Shown in pieces: positions 57,301 through 64,000 of a DNA stretch of 64,000 nt. Position 1 is the first letter of the stretch. Each line of letters opens with the position of its first letter. Under the pieces are notes generated by a model. That model did no database searches. It was given only the letters and a program-made list of their open reading frames with translations, and was not told where the DNA came from. The stretch covers positions 2,199 through 66,198 of the forward strand of contig JAFGHU010000180.1 in the NCBI GenBank assembly GCA_016929955.1, read 5' to 3'. This stretch comes from Bacteroidales bacterium (lineage in GTDB: Bacteria; Bacteroidota; Bacteroidia; Bacteroidales; UBA12170). A program made the position numbers and the translations under genes.

Positions 57301-58293
57301 ATGCAACTTTATCTGGCTCCTTTACAAGGGTACACGGAATTTTTATTTCGAAATGCCTACGCTCGGCATTTTGGTGGCATCGATCATGCCATAGCTCCTT
57401 TTTTGCCCTCCGGCTTAGGTGCAACCGTTAAGCACAGGCGTATTCGCGATTTATGGAAAGAGCATAACGAAAAACTATCGGTCGATCCTCAAATATTGGG
57501 AAAGAGCGCTCCAGAAATTGTACCTGTTGCCAAATACCTTTTCGATTACGGTTATGATACCTTGAATATCAATATGGGTTGTCCTATTCCTACCATAAGA
57601 GCAAAGATGCGGGGATCCGGAATTTTGGCCTATCCCGAAATGGTTGAAATGCTGTTGGAGAAACTTTTCAACGATTTGCAAAACAAGATTTCATTGAAAA
57701 TTCGCTTGGGCAATGAGTCAGCCGAAGAGATCAAAGAATTATTGCCGATAATCAACCAGTTTCCGATTAAGGAATTGATTATTCATCCTCGTATTGGAAC
57801 GCAAATGTACGAAGGCACCGTGGATTTAGCTGCATTTTCGTGGTGTGTAGCGCATGCCAAGGCACCTCTAGTTTACAGTGGCGATATTTTCGATTTAAAT
57901 ACTTACCGAAAACTAAGAGCGCAATTTCCAGGCATCAATCGCTGGATGATTGGTAGAGGTTTATTGTTTTCGCCTTTTTTACCCGAGATCATTAAAAAAG
58001 ACGATTGTAAATGGGTTAAAACGGAATATCATCGCTTTTGGGAATTTCATAGTGATTTGGAGGAGCAAATTTTAACTTTTCGCGATCGCCCTAAAAACCA
58101 ACTGAATAAATTAAAAGAATATTGGCGTTATTATGCACAGGCTTTTCAGGATTCCAAACAAATTTTTTATCAGATTTCGCGTGTTGATGATATAGAAGAT
58201 TATCGTAAAGTTGTGAATGAGATTCGCAAAAAGAGCATTTGGAAAGCGGGTCTTACCGAAACAGATCAGTTTCGGTTTATGAAATCTTTATAA
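57301..58293 (+). CDS. tRNA-dihydrouridine synthase family protein
   Basis: LAPLQG, PQILG, NINMGCP, IHPR and MIGRG. Confidence 0.88.
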   Translation: MQLYLAPLQGYTEFLFRNAYARHFGGIDHAIAPFLPSGLGATVKHRRIRDLWKEHNEKLSVDPQILGKSAPEIVPVAKYLFDYGYDTLNINMGCPIPTIRAKMRGSGILAYPEMVEMLLEKLFNDLQNKISLKIRLGNESAEEIKELLPIINQFPIKELIIHPRIGTQMYEGTVDLAAFSWCVAHAKAPLVYSGDIFDLNTYRKLRAQFPGINRWMIGRGLLFSPFLPEIIKKDDCKWVKTEYHRFWEFHSDLEEQILTFRDRPKNQLNKLKEYWRYYAQAFQDSKQIFYQISRVDDIEDYRKVVNEIRKKSIWKAGLTETDQFRFMKSL

Positions 58294-58386
58294 AACATAG
58301 TCGATGTATAGATTGTTAATAATTTCAATTCGCTAGATTTTCAGTCCCGTTGAAAACCAGTATTTTTGCACACAAAGAAGATAGAT

Positions 58387-60717
58387 TTGGATTCATTATT
58401 TAAAGGTTTAAATAAAGAGCAGCAGAGTGCCGTTAAGAAAACAGATGGTCCGCTTATGGTTATTGCCGGAGCAGGCTCCGGAAAAACGCGTGTCCTTACG
58501 TATCGAATAGCATATCTTTTACAAAAAGGAGTCGATCCTTTTCATATTTTGGCGCTGACTTTTACCAATAAAGCAGCTCGGGAAATGAAAAGCAGGATAG
58601 GTGATTTGGTTGGTTTCCAATCGGCACGGAATGTTTGGATGGGAACTTTTCACTCGGTATTTGCACGTATTCTTCGTGCGGAAGCCGAAAAACTAGGTTA
58701 TCCCTCAAATTTTACCATTTACGATACCGACGATTCGAAAAACCTGATCAAGGCCATTGTTAAAGAAGGCAATTTAGATCCGAAAATTTATCAGGCTTCG
58801 CAGATTTTAGGCCGAATATCCGCAGCTAAAAATAATTTAATATCAGCCGAAGGCTATAATCAGAATAGCGATTATATTACAGATGATAAAAAAGCAGGGA
58901 AACCCTATTTGGGTCAGATTTATACGATATATCAAAGAAGATTGGCGCAGTCGGCTGCTATGGATTTCGACGACTTGTTGTTTAAAATCAATGTATTGCT
59001 GCGCGATTTTCCGGAAGTGCTGTATAAATACCAGCAAAAATTCCACTATGTTTTGGTAGATGAGTATCAGGACACAAACTATTCGCAATATTTAATTGTA
59101 AAGAAACTCGCGGCTAACAACGAAAATATTTGTGTAGTTGGCGACGATGCTCAGAGTATTTATGGTTTCCGTGGAGCTGACATTAAAAACATCCTCAACT
59201 TTCAGAAAGATTATCCTGATGTAAATATTGTGAAGTTGGAGCAAAACTACAGATCGACACAAGTGATCGTAAATGCGGCAAATTCGCTTATTCATAACAA
59301 TCAAAATCAGATATTTAAAACCGTTTGGACTTCGAATGGAGAAGGAGAGCGCATCAAATTACTTCGTGCTTCGTCGGATTTGGAAGAAGGAAGATTGGTG
59401 GCGCAACAGATTTTTGAGGATAAAATGAATTTTTTAGCCAAAAATAGCGAGTTTGCTGTTTTGTATCGCACCAATGCGCAGTCCCGATCGATAGAAGAAG
59501 CCTTGCGTAAAATGAATATCCCGTATCGCATATATGGCGGTTTATCATTTTATAAAAGAAAAGAAATAAAAGATGTTCTTGCTTATTTTAGGCTGGTAAT
59601 CAACACAAAAGACAACGAAGCCTTCAATAGAATCATTAACTTTCCTGCACGTGGCATAGGAAAAACAACTTTGGAACACATCACCATTGCCGCCTCGAAA
59701 TATGGTAAAAGTTATTGGGATATCATTGAACAACCCAATACGTATGGCTTAAATATCAATAGTGGAGCACAAAAGAAATTAAACGATTTTGTATTGATGA
59801 TAAAAAGTTTTCAAGCGGAATTGGAGATTCTCGATGCTTTTGAATTGGGAAATAAAATTGCCCGTGGTTCCGGTTTGATTAGCAATTTGCACAACGATAA
59901 AACACCCGAAGGAATCAGTCGCTTTGAGAACTTAGAAGCTTTGCTTAATGGGATTAAGGAATTCGTTGAAAGAGAAGAAAGCGATATTCCGGAAATAGCG
60001 TCGGATAAAACTTTAGCTGATTTTATGCAAGATGTTGCTTTACTTACAGATGCTGATGAAGAGGATAAAGATACTATTGAAAAAGTGTCTTTAATGACTA
60101 TCCATCAATCCAAAGGTTTAGAGTTTCCCTATGTTTCCATCGTTGGTTTAGAGGAAAATTTATTTCCTTCGGTGCAATCGGTAGGCTCAAGAGCAGATTT
60201 GGAAGAAGAGCGCCGCTTATTTTATGTAGCCTTAACCCGCGCTGAGAAAAAAGTAGTTTTATCTTATGCCGAAAGTCGATTCCGTTGGGGAAATTTAAGC
60301 TTTTGCGAACCCAGTCGCTTTGTCGATGAAATTGAAGAACAGTTTTTAGATTTTCCAAGAAGCCGTTCGTTTGCGAAACCGTCGGTACCGGAAAATCCTT
60401 ATCGGCCTGTTTCGAACAGAAAAACCAGAGCTTTAATCAATAAACCGAGTTCCATTAGTGGCGAGGCAGGAAAATCAACCTATAAGCGTATTCAGAGCGA
60501 GGCAACAGGAATAGTAAATCGCCCGACCTCTAATTTTAAGGCTGCAGAAATTGAAGATTTACAACAAAATATGGACGTTGAGCACCAACGCTTTGGTTTA
60601 GGAAAAATAATAAAAATAGAGGGAGCCGGATCGAATAAAAAAGCAACGGTTTATTTTTCAAAAATAGGAGAAAAGCAATTGCTTTTACGATTTGCAAAAC
60701 TGCGGATTGTAAAATAA
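58387..60717 (+). CDS. pcrA: ATP-dependent DNA helicase UvrD/PcrA
   Basis: AGAGSGKT, DEYQD, VGDDAQSIY, QNYRS, SKGLEF and EERRLFYVA.TRA; TTG start after a TATTTTTG box. Confidence 0.95.
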   Translation: MDSLFKGLNKEQQSAVKKTDGPLMVIAGAGSGKTRVLTYRIAYLLQKGVDPFHILALTFTNKAAREMKSRIGDLVGFQSARNVWMGTFHSVFARILRAEAEKLGYPSNFTIYDTDDSKNLIKAIVKEGNLDPKIYQASQILGRISAAKNNLISAEGYNQNSDYITDDKKAGKPYLGQIYTIYQRRLAQSAAMDFDDLLFKINVLLRDFPEVLYKYQQKFHYVLVDEYQDTNYSQYLIVKKLAANNENICVVGDDAQSIYGFRGADIKNILNFQKDYPDVNIVKLEQNYRSTQVIVNAANSLIHNNQNQIFKTVWTSNGEGERIKLLRASSDLEEGRLVAQQIFEDKMNFLAKNSEFAVLYRTNAQSRSIEEALRKMNIPYRIYGGLSFYKRKEIKDVLAYFRLVINTKDNEAFNRIINFPARGIGKTTLEHITIAASKYGKSYWDIIEQPNTYGLNINSGAQKKLNDFVLMIKSFQAELEILDAFELGNKIARGSGLISNLHNDKTPEGISRFENLEALLNGIKEFVEREESDIPEIASDKTLADFMQDVALLTDADEEDKDTIEKVSLMTIHQSKGLEFPYVSIVGLEENLFPSVQSVGSRADLEEERRLFYVALTRAEKKVVLSYAESRFRWGNLSFCEPSRFVDEIEEQFLDFPRSRSFAKPSVPENPYRPVSNRKTRALINKPSSISGEAGKSTYKRIQSEATGIVNRPTSNFKAAEIEDLQQNMDVEHQRFGLGKIIKIEGAGSNKKATVYFSKIGEKQLLLRFAKLRIVK

Positions 60718-60781
60718 ATTTGTACCTTTGTACCAGTTTCCCACAAGCAATGGAGCAAGACTCTATCATAATTTCATACAC

Positions 60782-61447
60782 ATGGATTACAACAGCACTC
60801 GAGAAAAATTGATCATACCCGAATATGGTCGCAATGTTCAAAAAATGATTCACAATGCGCTGGCAATGGAGGATCGAGAAAAAAGAACAGAATTCGTGAA
60901 ATACATTGTGGGTGTAATGACTCAAATGCATATCAGCAATGGTTCTTATGGCGATTATAATCATATGATTTGGGATCATATGCATATTATTGCAGGTTAT
61001 AAAATGGATGTAGATTCGCCTTATCCTATGCCTGATAAAGAAGCTATCGAAGCTAAACCTCGCACTTTGTCCTATTCCACAAAAAAGATAAAGTATAAAC
61101 CCTACGGTTCGAATATCGAAAAGATGATTAAGATAGCCATGACCTATGAAGAGGGAGAGGAAAAAAACAGTTTGGTTGAGAATATAGCGAATCACTTGAA
61201 AAAGGCATATTTAAATTGGAATAGAGAATCCGTTGATGATGAGGTTATTTTAAAACATTTGGCTGTTTTGTCGGATGGAAAATTAGTTTTGAACGACGAT
61301 TTTAAATTTGTAGCTACCGATGATTTAATAGTTCAATCAAATAAAAAGAAATGGACGGATAATCGGTCAGGAGGCAGAGGAAATAAACCGGCAAATAAAC
61401 AAAACAATAAAAATAAGCAAAACACAAAAAGAAGACAATATCGTTAA
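60782..61447 (+). CDS. DUF4290 domain protein
   Basis: MDYNS.REKLIIPEYGRNVQ, WDH and YLNWN; directly upstream of murA; TACCTTTG box at 60723-60730. Confidence 0.88.
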   Translation: MDYNSTREKLIIPEYGRNVQKMIHNALAMEDREKRTEFVKYIVGVMTQMHISNGSYGDYNHMIWDHMHIIAGYKMDVDSPYPMPDKEAIEAKPRTLSYSTKKIKYKPYGSNIEKMIKIAMTYEEGEEKNSLVENIANHLKKAYLNWNRESVDDEVILKHLAVLSDGKLVLNDDFKFVATDDLIVQSNKKKWTDNRSGGRGNKPANKQNNKNKQNTKRRQYR

Positions 61448-61502
61448 CGTAAATAAAATTAGGATAATCAAATAGATATACTTTTAAAATCCTTGCCTTA
61501 TT

Positions 61503-62810
61503 ATGAGTTCCTTTATTATCGAAGGCGGTTATAAACTATCAGGAAGCATTCAGCCTCAGGGGGCTAAAAACGAAGCGCTCCAGGTTTTATGTGCCGTTTT
61601 ACTCACTGATCAGAAAGTAAACATTCATAATATACCCAATATTCACGATGTCAATAGATTGATTGATATTTTGCGTGATATGGGTGTTAAGGTCGATGAT
61701 TTAGGTAATCAGTCCTTTAGTTTTCAAGCCGATCAAATTAATTTGGATTTTCTGAAATCCGATGCTTATTTGGAATCGGGAGCTCGTTTGCGCGGTTCGG
61801 TGATGTTGATGGGCCCCTTATTGGCACGATTTGGAATGGCTTATTTGCCCACTCCCGGAGGCGATAAAATTGGCCGTCGCCGAATGGATACCCATTTCAC
61901 TGGTTTTGAAAAATTAGGGGCGCAATTTGAGTTTAACCGCGACAAAAGTTATTATTATATCCATAGCAAGAAACTAAGCGGTACTTATATGCTTTTGGAT
62001 GAGGCTTCGGTTACGGGTACAGCCAATATTCTAATGGCAGCTGTTTTAGCCGAAGGAGAAACGACCATTTTTAATGCTGCTTGTGAGCCCTATCTTTTAC
62101 AATTGGCTTCTATGTTAAACAGAATGGGCGCAAAAATTGAAGGCGTTGGCTCTAATTTACTCAAGATTCAAGGCGTTTCAAAATTAAACGGAACTTCGCA
62201 TACACTTTTGCCCGATATGATTGAAGTGGGAAGTTTTATCGGCATGGCAGCAATGACACAATCTTCCTTAACCATTAAAAATGTGAATTATGAAGCATTG
62301 GGCATAATTCCTGAAATTTTTAAACGTCTGGGGATTAAAGTTCAACGTATTGGAGACGATATTTATATTCCTGAACAAGAAGAGTATATAGCCGAAACCT
62401 ATATGGACGGTGCAATAATGACCATTTCCGATGCGCCCTGGCCTGGTTTTACTCCCGATTTAATTAGTATTGCTTTGGTGGTGGCTACCCAGGTAAAAGG
62501 CAGTGTTTTAATCCATCAAAAAATGTTTGAAAGTCGACTGTTTTTTGTGGATAAACTAATCGAGATGGGAGCCCAAATCATTTTATGCGATCCACATAGA
62601 GCCACAGTAATAGGATTAAACCGACAGGCGCAATTGCGTGGAATCCGAATGACTTCACCCGATATTCGGGCAGGAGTAGCCTTGCTTATTGCGGCATTAT
62701 CGGCTACTAAAACAAGTATTATCGATAATATAGAGCAGATCGATCGCGGTTATCAAAATATTGATACACGTTTAAGAGCTTTAGGTGCAAAAATTATTCG
62801 CAAAAATTAA
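61503..62810 (+). CDS. murA: UDP-N-acetylglucosamine 1-carboxyvinyltransferase
   Basis: GAKN, SVTGTAN, FESR, DIRAG and IDRGY. Confidence 0.96.
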   Translation: MSSFIIEGGYKLSGSIQPQGAKNEALQVLCAVLLTDQKVNIHNIPNIHDVNRLIDILRDMGVKVDDLGNQSFSFQADQINLDFLKSDAYLESGARLRGSVMLMGPLLARFGMAYLPTPGGDKIGRRRMDTHFTGFEKLGAQFEFNRDKSYYYIHSKKLSGTYMLLDEASVTGTANILMAAVLAEGETTIFNAACEPYLLQLASMLNRMGAKIEGVGSNLLKIQGVSKLNGTSHTLLPDMIEVGSFIGMAAMTQSSLTIKNVNYEALGIIPEIFKRLGIKVQRIGDDIYIPEQEEYIAETYMDGAIMTISDAPWPGFTPDLISIALVVATQVKGSVLIHQKMFESRLFFVDKLIEMGAQIILCDPHRATVIGLNRQAQLRGIRMTSPDIRAGVALLIAALSATKTSIIDNIEQIDRGYQNIDTRLRALGAKIIRKN

Positions 62811-62919
62811 GCTTCTTTTGTCGGTTTCACAGAAATGGGTAATTGATAAATTTATTTTTGAATTAAAATAATTCAGGATTTAGACTATACGAAAGGCCAT
62901 TTATTTTTATTTTTGTCTT

Positions 62920-63939
62920 GTGAAACGTAGATTTGATTTGAGATTTCTGTTTATTGTATTTGCTTTGATACTGGTCTTTCCAAAGGGTATATTGGCATCT
63001 GAAAAAGACAAAGAAGGTGAATTGGAAGCCATTATCATTCCGATAGATTCTATTAAAAAACAAAAAAGCGATTCGTTTTGGCACATCGTTGGGCGCACAC
63101 GATTAAATGTGCATACTATCGTATTATCCAATTGGGCCGACGGAGGCGAAAGCTCTTTAACCGGATCGGGTTCATTCGATTTAAAAGCCACGTATCAGAA
63201 AGGGAAAATTAAGTTTGAAAATAACTTTCGCTCCGTGCTTGGGATTCAGGCTTTTCAATATTCCAGTTTGAAAAAAACAGACGATAAACTCGATTTTTCT
63301 TCCATTTTTGGTATTCAATTTTCAAAGAAATGGTTTTATAGTTTAAACGCAAACTTTACAACACAATATTTTAAAGGCTATACCTATCCAAACGATTCCG
63401 TTATCGTTTCTGATTTTCTATCTCCCGGAAACCTTACCCTATCGGTAGGATTGGAATATAAACCAATCAAGAATTTATCCCTTTATGCTTCCCCTTTTGC
63501 TGGTCGTATGATTTTTGTTCGAAATCAGGATATGGCTAATGAAGGAAAGTATGGTGTAACAGCTGCTATTAAAGATACTGCAGGTGTTATTTTGGTTCCC
63601 GGCGAACGTATTAAATCGGAATTGGGATTTAGTGTTATTGCCAATTATAAAGGGAAACTGACTAAAAACGTAGATCTGGTTTCAAAATTGACGCTTTACA
63701 ATAATTATTTCGATCCTGATAAAGCAAACCGTTGGAATATTGATGTAAATTGGGAATCGTGGTTTGATATAACCATCAATAAGTTTTTTGTAGCCAGTGC
63801 TTTTTTTAATCTAATCTACGATCACGATACCAAAATACCTGTTTTTGACATGGTAGATGGAAAAAGAACCAAAGTTGGCGAAACTATTAGTTTGCAGGTG
63901 AAACAGAATTACGGATTGGGAATAGCCTTTAAATTTTAA
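62920..63939 (+). CDS. DUF3078 outer-membrane beta-barrel protein
   Basis: SNWADGGE, KTDD, TQ...GY, FLSPG and terminal F. Confidence 0.82.
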   Translation: MKRRFDLRFLFIVFALILVFPKGILASEKDKEGELEAIIIPIDSIKKQKSDSFWHIVGRTRLNVHTIVLSNWADGGESSLTGSGSFDLKATYQKGKIKFENNFRSVLGIQAFQYSSLKKTDDKLDFSSIFGIQFSKKWFYSLNANFTTQYFKGYTYPNDSVIVSDFLSPGNLTLSVGLEYKPIKNLSLYASPFAGRMIFVRNQDMANEGKYGVTAAIKDTAGVILVPGERIKSELGFSVIANYKGKLTKNVDLVSKLTLYNNYFDPDKANRWNIDVNWESWFDITINKFFVASAFFNLIYDHDTKIPVFDMVDGKRTKVGETISLQVKQNYGLGIAFKF

Positions 63940-64000
63940 TACGAATCTGTCCTTTTATTTCTGATTTTACTCCACCCTCGATTTCATCTAAACCACTACC

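Noticed and set aside
60536-61195. 219-aa minus-strand ORF
   Set aside because: Antisense shadow of the pcrA 3' end and DUF4290, both strongly supported.

Overview
AT-rich chromosomal segment from an anaerobic Bacteroidota organism, probably Bacteroidales/Marinilabiliales-like. Support: TAnnTTTG -7 promoter boxes before many starts, a T9SS-sorted protein, DUF3822-rsmD, DUF4290-murA and DUF3078. Layout: (i) 1-4.3 kb, 3' part of a large FG-GAP beta-propeller T9SS substrate, a Tat-like small secreted-peptide gene and an unexplained 21-bp-period repeat array; (ii) 4.4-11.5 kb, trxA, an FMN-riboswitch-controlled ribD-ribE-ribBA-ribH operon, an atypical thioredoxin + trxB pair and a KamA-like radical SAM enzyme; (iii) 11.6-24 kb, galM, EamA transporter, PLP D-threonine-aldolase-like enzyme, PAS hybrid kinase, HypD-type glycyl radical enzyme with activase, Dcp peptidase and DjlA; (iv) 24-45 kb, an accessory-looking block of small DUF genes, an iota-carbonic-anhydrase-like lipoprotein, MarR and AraC-TPR regulators and secreted hydrolases; (v) 45-64 kb, ygfK and core genes (rsmD, coaD, ldcA, yraN, tilS, dus, pcrA/uvrD, murA). 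No rRNA, tRNA, CRISPR array, integrase or transposase was recognised. Best candidates for undescribed biology are the micro-peptide/structured RNA/21-bp repeat locus (3.3-4.3 kb), the GPMC thioredoxin-TrxB pair behind a putative sigma54 promoter, and a uORF leader upstream of the hypD activase. All calls come from reading motifs by eye; no database search was run.
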